Shown here in pieces: positions 30,848 through 41,292 of a stretch of 64,000 bases of DNA (within the stretch, counting starts at the first letter, position 1; the number at the start of each line of letters is the position of its first letter). Made by a program: the position numbers and the translations under genes. The stretch is taken from the NCBI GenBank assembly GCA_963818475.1, contig CAWFSF010000001.1:279631-343630 (forward strand), given 5' to 3'. The stretch is from Nitrospirota bacterium. GTDB taxonomy: Bacteria > Nitrospirota > UBA9217. The notes beneath the pieces are model-generated. The model did not search any database. It saw nothing but the letters and a program-made list of their open reading frames with translations, and had not been told where the DNA came from.

Positions 30848-31225
30848 ATGAGCGACTCAGCAGACAAAGAGCTTGCCCTAAAACGAGCCGCGGTGATCTT
30901 TGCGGTCAGGAGCGGCCAGATCACAGCCGAGGAAGGCGCGCGGAGACTCGGCGTGTCCCGGAAGACCTACTATGAGTGGGAGAAACGGGCATTACAGGCG
31001 ATGACGGAGGCTCTGGAGGACAAGACCCCGGGAAGGCCGAGTATACCGCAGGACGAGGAGAAGCAGCGTTTGCAAGACGAGATCATCGAGCTTCAGAACA
31101 AGCTCTTTGTCGCTGAGAAGACCGTGGAAGTGCGGGACATGCTGCATGCCTATGAGCTGCATAACGCCAAAACAAAGAAAGGCATGTCCGAGGAAAAAAA
31201 ACGAAAGCAAAGGAAGAAACCATAA
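30848..31225 (+). CDS. HTH protein (IS3 OrfA-like)
   Basis: AEEGARRLGVSRKTYYEW HTH, PGRP, coiled coil. Confidence 0.8.
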   Translation: MSDSADKELALKRAAVIFAVRSGQITAEEGARRLGVSRKTYYEWEKRALQAMTEALEDKTPGRPSIPQDEEKQRLQDEIIELQNKLFVAEKTVEVRDMLHAYELHNAKTKKGMSEEKKRKQRKKP

Positions 31226-31230
31226 CCCGT

Positions 31231-32277
31231 ATGCTTGCTGTTATTGATCAGATGAGGGAGAAGACCTGTATGTCCTACCAGGCGATCTGCAGCGCCGTGA
31301 GGCTGCCCTACCCGAGCTTTATACGGTGGCGTCGAAGGCAGAAGAACGCCACGCCTCTCGTGCGGCAGCCGGGGCCTCCCAAGGTCAAGCCGCCGGATCT
31401 TGAGAAACTTGGACTGGATATAGCAGGGTTGTCTCACGGGCAAGACCGGACGCAGGGCACGGGCGCACTCTACGGTCGCTACGCATCCTCCGTATCAAGG
31501 CGTGAGCTGCAGCGCATGATAGAAATGGCACGGCATGATCTCAATACGTTACACCGTCAGAATCTGCGGCGGATCAGCTGGAACGTGCCGAACGTCGCAT
31601 GGTCCATGGACCCCTGCGAATACGACGGACGAGATGCGGCCGGAGCCAAAGTGTACCTGAACCATATGCAGGACCTTGCGTCCCGCTACAAGTTCACACC
31701 CATGACAGGAGACGTTCCCTGCGGCGAAGAGATATCCGGCTATCTCGCGGCGACCTTCGACCGCTTCGGGGCGCCCCTATTCCTCAAACGGGACAATGGC
31801 GGCAATCTGAACCATGCGGCGATCAATGCCGTGCTCGAGGACTACTTCGTCCTGCCCTTGAACAGCCCGGTCCATTATCCACCTTACAACGGGGCGATCG
31901 AAGAGGCGCAAACCGAGCTGAAAAACGGGCTTGCTGCAAAGCTCGCGTATAAGACCAGCTGCCAGCGCGAACACATGGAAGCGTATGCATCGACGGTTGA
32001 ACATGACCTCAACCACCAACCTCGTCCTTGCCTACACGGCAGCAACGCCTGCCAAGTGTACTTCACGAACAAAAGAACGGTTACCAAATGGGAAAGGAGG
32101 GATGCCTATGCTTGGATGACAAACTTGCAGGATGATATACTATGCAGTAAAGGAGGTGTTCACCCGCAAGCGGCCTGGCGGATCGCCGTCGAGGCCTGGC
32201 TGAGGATGAAAGGGCTTATTACAGTTACGATCAACGGAAAAGTGTCACCCAATTTTCTCTCAAATTTTTATCATTAA
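31231..32277 (+). CDS. Second DDE transposase/integrase (rve; IS3 OrfB-like)
   Basis: WSMD, KRDNG and NGAIEE triad; NHQPRPCL. Confidence 0.85.
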   Translation: MLAVIDQMREKTCMSYQAICSAVRLPYPSFIRWRRRQKNATPLVRQPGPPKVKPPDLEKLGLDIAGLSHGQDRTQGTGALYGRYASSVSRRELQRMIEMARHDLNTLHRQNLRRISWNVPNVAWSMDPCEYDGRDAAGAKVYLNHMQDLASRYKFTPMTGDVPCGEEISGYLAATFDRFGAPLFLKRDNGGNLNHAAINAVLEDYFVLPLNSPVHYPPYNGAIEEAQTELKNGLAAKLAYKTSCQREHMEAYASTVEHDLNHQPRPCLHGSNACQVYFTNKRTVTKWERRDAYAWMTNLQDDILCSKGGVHPQAAWRIAVEAWLRMKGLITVTINGKVSPNFLSNFYH

Positions 32278-32292
32278 CTGCTGGCGTGCACA

Positions 32293-34349
32293 GTCACATC
32301 GCCCAGAATTCGAGACGTCAATGCAGGCGCTGTCTGGTTATATCTACTCGATATTTCCGCAGCAGTGAGTGACCGGTTGTAAATTACGATTTCGTCCATC
32401 AACCCTCCGTAGGGACCAGAAAAAGCGTTTCCGAAACTGCTGGAAGGGTATACATGTGTTCGTAAACTTGTCTGGCCGGTTTTAACATAGGCGCCGTTTA
32501 GATACAGTTTCGGAGTTTTATTTTCATATACAACGACGATATGATTCCAGCCGGATAAATTGCCCGCGTAGACAAGAAGCGATTGCACATAATCGCCCCC
32601 ATGCTCGAACACGCTGATGCCAGTGGTTCCTATTGACAAACCTGCCCCTGCATCAGTGGCTCCGCCACTTGCCGGCACTACAGCATATCTTTGCCCTGAC
32701 ACACCTGAGTAAGACGGATAAGAGTTAGATTCACCCGTAAACTCGATGGTCAATGTCGGAGAGGTCCAAAGTTCTATGGTAAAGTTATCCGGTGCTGTGA
32801 CCTGAAGAGAGTTGGGTGTAGATACTGCGTCGTCAATTCCGTCGAACATGCCGGAATAGCTGCCAAAATGAGCATCAGAACTAAATGCTGGATTAAGCGA
32901 AGGTACTCCGTGATTAGCGTACCCGGAAGAGTCGTCCCAATTCCCATCCATGTGCCAAAGGCCTATAATCCCGGGATCAATCGTTATGCTAATCGATGCG
33001 GTATTGGTCGCAGCGTCAACAGCAGAAGCTGTTATGGTGTTATTACCTGCGATGATCCCTGATATTGTGCAGGTCCATGATGTTGCCGTGGGATAGGATA
33101 CAGGGCCAACCGAAGCTGAAGTATTTATCGACAGCGACACGACACTATTCGCTTCCATCGTTCCAGTAAAAACTTGACTATTGCTGCTTACAGGTGAGTT
33201 TAAGGGATCTATTGTGATAAATGTCTGATTGTCGATTGTAAACGTTTTCTGATCAAAACCTAAGTTTCCCGCAGCATCTGTTGAGTCTACGCGTACTACA
33301 TGAACACCATCTGAAAGCGTATCGAGTATGGTGCCCGATACTTTTGACACAATTATTCCGTCAACTGTTACGACTGCATTCCCTTCACTATTGGTATATA
33401 AGAGAAGCGGATTTCTCTCCTTTGTTGTGGAAGCAACGGGTGAAGAAATGATAACCACAGGACCGACAGTATCAAGAATGATGTCACCCTGGATCATGGT
33501 ATTGCTCGTGTTCCCGGCGCTGTCCTTGTATCTGGCGTACACCGTCTTGGTGCCGTCGCCTGTTGAGAGCGTCCAGGTAGTAGTGGTAGCGTAGCTTCCT
33601 AACGCTGACCAGGTGCTGTTGTCGTTGCTGAACTGCATCTGGGAGACGCAGCTCGTTGCGTCTGTGGCTGTTAGGGTCAAGGTGACTGAAGTGCCTGTTG
33701 TATACGTTGCTCCGCTGCTGATCAGTACCGTTCCCAAGGGAGGCGTCGTGTCGACAGTGAACGTTACTGCAGAAAACACAGGACCTCCGAAACTATCCGT
33801 TGTGTCAATGCGCACTACATGCGCGCCATCGGCCAATGGGTCAAGCGTACTTCCTGAAGCCTTTGATACTGCCGTACCATCAACCTTAACAATCGCTGTT
33901 CCACAGCATGCTGAGTAAATTAACTGAGGAGCATTGTTTTTTGTCAACACGGCAGTGGGTGAAGAAATGGTTACTAGGGGGGAAGATATTATCTTGAAAT
34001 CGCCAATCGTCGTAGTACCGGTAGTGGCTGTGAGCACCCCATTGATGTAGGTGCTTCCGATAACTGAGGAGAAATCTGTATTATAACCGCCTTGAAAGGT
34101 AACGGTAACATCACGATTGATAGTGAAACCGTCAAATGTTGTATTTTTGACCTTTATAATATCGGCATTACTGGCATTTTGATAAGCTTCCGAAAGTGTT
34201 TGATAATATCTTGGCGGATTAGTTGTTGAAATCTGGACAGGGGGCAGGTCTGCTGCTGCGGCCCAGCGGATGAACCCTAAAATAATCACGAGAACAGAAC
34301 CGAGGAGTACTAAAAAGAAACGATTCGACTTCACCTGTGACCTCTTCAT
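32293..34349 (-). CDS. Secreted Ig-like repeat plus LamG domain protein, truncated by the IS
   Basis: Signal peptide; Big-like repeats; WHMDG..WNHIVVVY..LYLNG..MDEIVIYNRSLT LamG; the frame runs into the IS right end. Confidence 0.82.
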
Positions 34350-34743
34350 TTCGGCTATTTCCTCCATCAGTCCTCCTGGTCGTTTTTCTAATCATGAACC
34401 TACCCGATGCACCCTCTTCCCGGACAGAGGAACGGATGCATTCTTTTATACGATGCGGATAATAATATAGCTGCATCATTCTGTCCAGAAAATAAACGAG
34501 TTAATTTCAGGTTGTCAAATTATAATTTGAGGTGCACAGTTAGCTGCATAGTGCATTTACGAACGAACCTTTATGTCACAAGCAACGGAGTTAGCTGCAA
34601 ATTAAGGATTTGATGCCCTAAGTGGGAAGTTTGCGCATCTTGCGCATGACGGCTTAGATGTCTTGAGCCCACTTTTGGAGGCAGGTGAACGTGTTTGTTC
34701 GTGAGGATGCAGGAGTAGATGGAGCAGCGATGAAACGATGGTG

Positions 34744-36144
34744 TTAACGCTTTTCTTTCCTTTCTTCCGTCAGCGATCCGCCGATCTCCCTCTCCTGCTT
34801 AAATTGTCTCTTTTGCCGGTACATGAGGGAATCCGCTTTTGTCATGAGTTCATCGAGGGAACAACGCTGCTTCGGATCGTAATGTGCGATGCCGAGGCTG
34901 AGGGAAAGCTGGTATGAACGGCCGCTTTGCGCATTATGCGCAGCCACGTTCCGCAGAAAGTGTTCTGTGACGGTGAGCTCGACATCCGTTTCGGAAGGTT
35001 CTGCGAAAACAACGGCAAATTCGTCGCCTCCCAGCCTTGCGATGATGTCGGATTCCCTGAAGGTTTTTCTCAAGAGGTTTGCCGTGTCACGCAATGCGGA
35101 ATCTCCCTCTTTATGGCTGAACCGGTCGTTGATTCCCTTCATGTCGTCGAGATCCAGATAGAGGAGCGCCATCTTTCTGCTTTCGCGGTTTGCCACATGC
35201 AGTTCGTGCTCCGCCGCCGCGAGGAACCCCCGCCTGTTAAGCAGCCCCGTAAGCTCGTCTGTAATGGCCGCTTCCTGCAGCTTTTCCTCCAGTTTTTTGT
35301 GTTCGGAGACGTTCCGGCATACTTCGACGGAGAACTTGATGCTTCCGTCGCGGGCAACGATGGGCGTGCAGCTTATGAGATAATGGCCTTTCAGGGTTTC
35401 CAGGAATCTCTCCTCGACCTGTTCCTTCCCCGTGGCGATAGCCATGCTGCCGGGACAGTTGGAAATCGGTTTTTCCAGGCCGCACATGGTTTTATAGCAT
35501 CGCTTTCCAATAAGCTCATTCCGTTCGATCCCCAGTCTTGCGGCCAATGCCTTATTTGCCCGTCTAATCGTGTGCTGATTGTCTATCACCGCAACGATAT
35601 CCGGCATGGCGTCAAATGTCTGTTCCCATTCTTCCTTGTCGAACTTGACCTGTTCCTCCGCCTTTTTACGGGCGCTAATATCCATGGAAGAACCGATCAT
35701 GCCCGTGACGACGCCCTTTCCGTCTCTCAGTGCCGTGAGCAGCAGGAGCGCATGAAACTCCTCACCGGACTTTCTCTTCAACAGCACCTCGACTTCGTGT
35801 TCTCCCTTTTCCCTGAGCGGTGCGATGACGTCATGCTCGAGGAAGGCCAGTTGATTCTCGGGATAAATAATCGATATGTGTTTGCCCAACGCTTCTTCCT
35901 CGGAATAGGAATACAGCCTTGTAGCGCCTTTGTTCCAGCTGGTGATAGTACCGTTAAGGTCGGTTGTGATAACTGCCTCACGGATCTGGTTTAGGAGGTA
36001 CGCTTGCCTCTGGATTATTTCCTTGTCCCTGATCCGTCGTGGAATATCACGCCCTATCGTTGATGGACCGGTGATTTTTCCTAAAGAATCCTTGAGGGGG
36101 GATCTGGGGGGCGCGCTCGCTGGTATTTTGTTCCGATTCTTCAT
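34744..36144 (-). CDS. PAS-PAS-GGDEF diguanylate cyclase
   Basis: DELTGLLNRR, RESD I-site, GGDEF. Confidence 0.92.
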   Translation of the reverse strand: MKNRNKIPASAPPRSPLKDSLGKITGPSTIGRDIPRRIRDKEIIQRQAYLLNQIREAVITTDLNGTITSWNKGATRLYSYSEEEALGKHISIIYPENQLAFLEHDVIAPLREKGEHEVEVLLKRKSGEEFHALLLLTALRDGKGVVTGMIGSSMDISARKKAEEQVKFDKEEWEQTFDAMPDIVAVIDNQHTIRRANKALAARLGIERNELIGKRCYKTMCGLEKPISNCPGSMAIATGKEQVEERFLETLKGHYLISCTPIVARDGSIKFSVEVCRNVSEHKKLEEKLQEAAITDELTGLLNRRGFLAAAEHELHVANRESRKMALLYLDLDDMKGINDRFSHKEGDSALRDTANLLRKTFRESDIIARLGGDEFAVVFAEPSETDVELTVTEHFLRNVAAHNAQSGRSYQLSLSLGIAHYDPKQRCSLDELMTKADSLMYRQKRQFKQEREIGGSLTEERKEKR

Positions 36145-36313
36145 GTGATCCTCACTGAATGGTTCAATTATAGCACGGGTACATAAACAAGCCGGGCAGG
36201 GTAGGATCGGTAATATTCGAGAACGACCAGGTCCAAAGACCTGGTAACCCTGAGCACGGCGAACGAAACCTTCCCTTCACCCTCCAAAACCATCTTATGC
36301 CATCAAAACCACC

Positions 36314-36345
36314 TTGACTTATTATAATTAATAAGTTATTATAAA
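36314..36345 (+). promoter_or_regulatory. sigma70 promoter with overlapping palindromic operator for the TA operon
   Basis: TTGACT-17-TATTAT; palindrome ACTTATTA-TAAT-TAATAAGT at 36317-36336. Confidence 0.7.
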
Positions 36346-36351
36346 TACCGA

Positions 36352-36624
36352 ATGTGGCGGATACGAGAACATCACGACATTGATAAAGTTTGCCGCAAGC
36401 TTCCGCCGGCGGTTGTCAAGAAATATGAGCTCTGGAAAAATCTTGTTTTCCGTCACGGTCCTGACAAATTGAGAGAATTTCCCGGGTTTCATGAGGAAAA
36501 ACTGAAGGGTGATCGTACGGGGCAGCGCTCATCGCGCTTAAGTTTGCAGTACCGGGTCATCTATACTGTTGACCAGGAAATCGTGACGGTTCTTGTTTTA
36601 GAGATAACTCCGCACAATTACTAG
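36352..36624 (+). CDS. higB: RelE/HigB-family toxin
   Basis: HEEKLKGDRTGQRSSRLSLQYRVIY..EITPHNY; toxin-first gene order. Confidence 0.85.
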   Translation: MWRIREHHDIDKVCRKLPPAVVKKYELWKNLVFRHGPDKLREFPGFHEEKLKGDRTGQRSSRLSLQYRVIYTVDQEIVTVLVLEITPHNY

Positions 36625-36632
36625 GAGGACAC

Positions 36633-36911
36633 GTGAAGGTTCGTAAGAAAAATGAATTTGTTCCGGCAAAATCTCATGCCAAATTAACAACGGGTGAGGT
36701 CATCAGGATGCTTCGGGAATTAAAGGGCTGGACCCAGGTGGAACTTGCCAGGCACTCCCGTATAAACTCCACCAATATCAGCTTATTGGAAAATGACCGG
36801 GTGGTGATCGGTAAAAAGCGCGTCGAGCAGCTTGCAAAGGCCTTTGATGTCCACCCCGCCATCATCATGTTCCCGGAGTATGAGGCCAAGGAAATTCAAA
36901 AGGCGGCATAG
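36633..36911 (+). CDS. higA: XRE-HTH antitoxin
   Basis: LRELKGWTQVELA..ISLLEN HTH_3; GGAGG RBS. Confidence 0.8.
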   Translation: MKVRKKNEFVPAKSHAKLTTGEVIRMLRELKGWTQVELARHSRINSTNISLLENDRVVIGKKRVEQLAKAFDVHPAIIMFPEYEAKEIQKAA

Positions 36912-36953
36912 CGTCGATCGAGCATTGAAAACGGATCAACTCAGTATCGTTCT

Positions 36954-37013
36954 ATATTGCTGCATCCAGGGAAGTCCCCCCCTCACCCAACCCTCTCCCT
37001 CAAGGGGAGAGGA
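36954..37013. repeat. Partial inverted copy of the MITE-like element
   Basis: TATTGCTGCATCCAGGGAAGTCCCCCCCTC matches the reverse complement of GAGGGGGGACTTTCCTGGATGTAACAATA, followed by the CCTCTCCC/GGGAGAGG hairpin. Confidence 0.65.
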
Positions 37014-37016
37014 CTA

Positions 37017-37692
37017 CTATAAGGTTTTCACCACTTCCCCATCCCTGATCTCGATGGTCCTGCCTGCCCGCTTCGCATTTTCCTCGCTGTGCGTCACCAT
37101 GACGATCGTATGGCCGTCCTTGTGCAGGCCTTCCAGCATTTCGAGCACCTTGTCCCCGGTCTTCGTGTCGAGGTTGCCCGTCGGCTCGTCGGCGAGGATG
37201 AGCGCGGGCTGGTTCACGAGCGCCCGGGCGATCGCGACGCGCTCCTGCTCCCCGCCCGAGAGCTGGGACGGCAGCCGGCCCGCCTTGGCGTCCAGGCCGA
37301 CGCGCGACAGCGCCTCAAGCGCCTTGGCGTCGGCCGGTCCCGTTCAGCCCCGGCTGGATCGTGAGCGGCAGCATCACGTTCTCGATGGCCGTGAGATAGG
37401 GCACGAGATAGAAGGACTGGAACACGAAGCCCAGGTACTCGCGCCGGAAATCGGACAGCTTGTTCGGCCCCAGGCCGCCCAGGTCGATCCCGTCGATGGA
37501 GACCACGCCCGACGAGGCTTTGCTCAGCCCGCCGACCAGCGACAGGAGCGTGCTCTTGCCCGAACCGGACGGCCCCATGACGGCCACGAACTCTCCCGAG
37601 TCGATGCCGAGCGAGACGCCCTTGAGCGCGGCGTACTCTTCATCGCCGGCGTGGAATATTTTTTTTACGTTGTTCAGTTCAATGAATGACAT
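37017..37692 (-). CDS. ABC transporter ATPase, LolD/MacB type (frameshifted)
   Basis: [35 protein letters not shown]. Confidence 0.88.
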
Positions 37693-37798
37693 GTACTACC
37701 TTCAACTTGTAATTCACATCGACGCTAACAATCTAAGTACACGCTGCAAATTCTTCCTGACCACTCGTACTCTTTGTCTGCATCGCATGCGTTCGGTC

Positions 37799-38969
37799 CT
37801 ACAGTGTCTTCAGCGCCTCGACCGGATCGAGCCTGTCCTGCCCGCACCGCCGGATAGATGCTTGCCAGCAAGCCCGACGACGACCGACGCAGCGATCGCC
37901 CCTGCGGCAAGCAGCGGGATCGAACGCGAAGGTCAGGTTGTAGGCGCTCATCAGATAGGGCGCCACGAACCGCGGACTGACGATGCCGATGGCGTAGCCC
38001 GACGACGCCAGCCAGCAGGCTCACGATGAACGCCTCGGTCAGAAGCACCTGGATGATGTGGCCGGTGCGGAACCCGATGGCCCGGAACAGCCCGATCTCC
38101 TGCACCCGCTCCTTGACCGATGCGGTCATGGCAAAGAAGATGATCATGCCGGCAACGATCAGCAAGCAGCGCCGAGATGCCGAGCGAGAATTTGTGGAAG
38201 TAATGCATGGCCTGCATCTTGAGCTCCACGGTCTCCTTGACCGCCACTGCCCGGGCGCCCGGCAGCACCGCGTTCACCTGGCCCACCATGTCCTCGATGG
38301 GGCAGCCGCTGCAGAGGGCCGACAGCTCGATCAGGCTCACCGCGTTCCCTTTGTTGAACTGCTTCTGGACCCAGGCGATATCGGTGAAGATCAGGCCGTC
38401 GTCCTGGGACCCGGTGTTGTCCAGCACGCCGGACACGCGAAGGCTCCCGCTGCCGATGGCGATGCTGTCGCCGGGAGCGAGCTGGAGCTTCGCTGCAGCG
38501 TCCTTGCCGATCAGGGCCTCTCCGCTCTGCCGCGGGGTTCATGCCCGAGGCGACGCGCCACCATTTTTTGAGCCGCTGTTCCGCCTTGAAGTCCACGCCC
38601 GCGACCAGCACCCGGGTCCCCTTCACCTCGGTCTGGACCAGGAGCTTCGGCGCCATGGTGCTGATGTTCTCCTTGTTCTTGATGGTGCGTGATCCTGTCC
38701 ACATCAAGCGTGGTAAGCTCCCTGCCGCCCGTGTTCACCGCCGAGACCGTGAGGCCGCCGTAGGAGAGCGGCAGGCCTTCGGACGCCGGAAGCACCAGGA
38801 TGTTCGCGCCGAACTCGTCCAGCGCATGCATGACCTCGCGGTTCATGGCATCGCCGACCGAGGTCATGGCAACGGCCGCGCCGATGCCGATGGCAAGGCC
38901 CGAGACAAGGAAGAACGTCCTGCCTTTTTTCCTGCGCAGGTTGTTCAGAGAAATATCGAGAAGCTTCAT
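37799..38969 (-). CDS. FtsX/MacB-family ABC permease (multiple frameshifts)
   Basis: NLRRKKGRT, FGANILV, ALCSGCP, ERVQEIGLFRAIG, LDPVEALKTL*. Confidence 0.85.
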
Positions 38970-39125
38970 GAGTGCGCTCCAGACTTTTATGACTGATAGC
39001 CAGACATTACGCAGATAGAGATGCCGCAGTTTATTAAACATTCAAGTTTGTCTTAATCTGAAATCCGTCATCTGCGTGATTCTGTGCAAGTAGTTACGGT
39101 TCATTCCAAACTCCGCAATCCGAAA

Positions 39126-39762
39126 TTAGAAATACTGCGCTCCCGCCTCCAGGTCCTTCGCCTTCAGCACCAGGGTCTGGCCGTCGGTCGTCTTGTTGAT
39201 CGGGATCGGATTGCAGCCGCCTGTCACCTTGCCGATCTCGGCAGGCGTGAATCCCATGCCGCAGTTGTTGCAGACCACGGAGCCGCCTTCCTGCCGGTAC
39301 CCCAGCTTGGCATGATTGCAGGCAACACAGGCGTCAAAGGCCGTCCGGATGCTGCCGTCCGCGGCCTTCATCACGAAAAAGGTGATCGTCTTTCCGCCCG
39401 CGGCATAGGAGTAAGAAGTGCGCGTTGCCGTCCTGCACGTCCGCCAGTGCGATCTTCACCTCGCCGCCCTGCTCGGTCACGGGTGCGGCCGGACGTTCGC
39501 GCTGAGGCGTCCCGCTGCGGAGCGAACTGGGATGCTTGCCCATGCCTTTTGCGCGGACGTCCTTGAACAGCAGGCCGCCGACGACCACGAGCACGACGAT
39601 TGAGGCGATCACGGCCGGCTTTACCCAGGTCCGTTCCTGTGACATGACGCGCGCCTTCTTGTCGTTCAGCGAGGCAGCAGATCCTGAAAGATCGCTCCCG
39701 CAGGATTTACAGAACTTCGATTGTTCCTTCATTTGTTTTCCGCATTTGCCGCACTTGTTCAT
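39126..39762 (-). CDS. DUF2318 (Fe-S/Cys-rich) protein with N-terminal zinc ribbon (frameshifted)
   Basis: CGKCG..FCKSCG ribbon, TM, FDACVAC..GY..VCNNCG..GGCNPIP. Confidence 0.8.
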
Positions 39763-39777
39763 TTCATATTCTCCTTT

Positions 39778-40736
39778 TTACAGTTCGGTTATGCTCCCAT
39801 TCTGGTACCTGCAGGGAGGCGATGCTCTTGTTGTCCTTTACGATGTCCACCTGGACGTGGCAGCCGAAGTCCGTCAGCTTTGCGGACACGCTGTCCGCTC
39901 CATGCTTGTCCTGCCAGTACTTGAGGCCGGCTGCTTCAGCCGCTTTTGACTGGTCTTTTGGCTGGCCTGACGTTGCTGCCGGACCCTTGGTCTTGCAGCA
40001 CGGGCCTGCTGGCACGGACTGTTTCTGCTGCTGTTGCGCCTGCCATGCTGCAGCCGCCTCCGCATCCGGCTTTGCTCGCCGCATCCTGCGGCGCTGCCGT
40101 TCTCGGCCAGCGCGATCCGGATCGTGGACTCTACCCGATATATTCCTGGAGCCAGTTGTTGACCGCAGCGCGCGCAGTCATCGGATCGGCCCCGGACGGT
40201 ACGACCTTCTCGGTGATGAATTTCCTGATCAGCAGGTCGCGCTCCAGAGCGCGCTCGAAAGCGGCCTCACTGCCGTACTGCGACTGCATTTCTTTTTCGA
40301 ACGCTTTTTCATCAAGGCCGGATGCGGACCGCGCTGATGCGATCGCGCCGTCGACCTCATCACGGGAAACGCTCATCTTCGCCTTGACCGCTTCCTGAAG
40401 CACAAGCCGTTCAGCGATGATTTCGTTCAGCATCTGATACCGGAGCGTGCCGGTAACGGACTCGGGCGATGCCTGTGTCCGCACGATCGCGGCATCCAGT
40501 TCGGAAAGTTTTATGTCCTCGCCATTCACGACCGCGGCAATACCGTCGGGGAGAAAGAACTTATAATAACCGAACCAGCCGACGAGCAGCAGCACCGGCA
40601 CCAGCACAACAATGAACCAATATGCTTTCCTTGACCTTGCCGGAGCAGCCGCTGGAACAGCGCCGAGCGGCTTGCCGCATTCGTCGCAAAAGGCGGCATC
40701 AACATCATTAGCATGATTACAATTCGTGCAGAGCAT
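39778..40736 (-). CDS. Zinc ribbon plus SurA-N-like protein with Cys-containing tail (frameshifted)
   Basis: CTNC..FCDECG, TM, AVVNGEDI..ERLVLQEA; tail with CC and DFGCH. Confidence 0.7.
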
Positions 40737-40762
40737 TGTGTGATCCTCCATGGCCGCTATTT

Positions 40763-40778
40763 AGCAATACTCTTGCCA
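40763..40778 (-). promoter_or_regulatory. sigma54 (-24/-12) promoter
   Basis: TGGCAAGAGTATTGCT (GG-N10-GC); predicted start site falls just before the GGAGG RBS; IHF-like AATCAACAAGATG upstream. Confidence 0.7.
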
Positions 40779-40960
40779 ATGCTGCAATCCACGATAAATC
40801 AACAAGATGTATCAGATACATTCCAGGAGATAAATGGAAGCCTGTGGCATTTGATACAGCGGGTTCATGAGAACGCACAGCCTTGTAGTGAGGGAAATGG
40901 TGCGGCGCAGACAGAGGAGGTTTATAGACGGCAGGTACAGCGGAAGAAGTACGGAACGTT

Positions 40961-40988
40961 GTACGGGCGGGTTTAAACCCGCCCCTAC
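40961..40988 (-). repeat. GTAG-type REP palindrome
   Basis: GTAGGGGCGGGTTTAAACCCGCCCGTAC. Confidence 0.7.
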
Positions 40989-41101
40989 CGGATCGGCCCA
41001 GGATCAGCAGGACCGCGCACACTCCCCGCCCGCGCCGGTCCCTCTGATCGGTTCTTTTCATTATTACAGGCAGTCCCGCCCCCCGGGAATGCCTGCCTTC
41101 T

Positions 41102-41273
41102 TTACCAGCAGAACACCTTGTCGTGAGCGAAGATGTCCGCCACGAGCTTGTCGTAGGACACGCCGCCCTTGATAGAGCTCGACTGTCGTCACCTGGTTCG
41201 TTGCAGTCTGAACGTCGATGATCTTTTTGGTGCTTGCATCCGGCGCTTTTTTCAGAATATGCAGTATTTTCAC
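41102..41273 (-). CDS. Small DsrH/TusB-like conserved protein (frameshifted)
   Basis: MKILHIL...; corrected end YDKLVADIFAHDKVFCW*. Confidence 0.65.
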
Positions 41274-41292
41274 GATGTGATCCTCCGTTCTG

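Larger units (their letters stand above)
29175..32292 (+). mobile_element. 3.1-kb IS-like element with two DDE transposases and two HTH ORFs
   Basis: Imperfect IRs of about 50 bp: left TGTCCTAGCGACCAGTTTATGATAA..GGGTGACACT, right (reverse complement) TGTGCACGCCAGCAGTTAATGATAA..GGGTGACACT. Confidence 0.8.

Noticed and set aside
34744-36144. GGDEF as the cGAMP synthase for the riboswitch
   Set aside because: It has Asp in HKEGD at the PleD D344-equivalent position, the canonical c-di-GMP signature, not the Ser/Thr of Hypr enzymes
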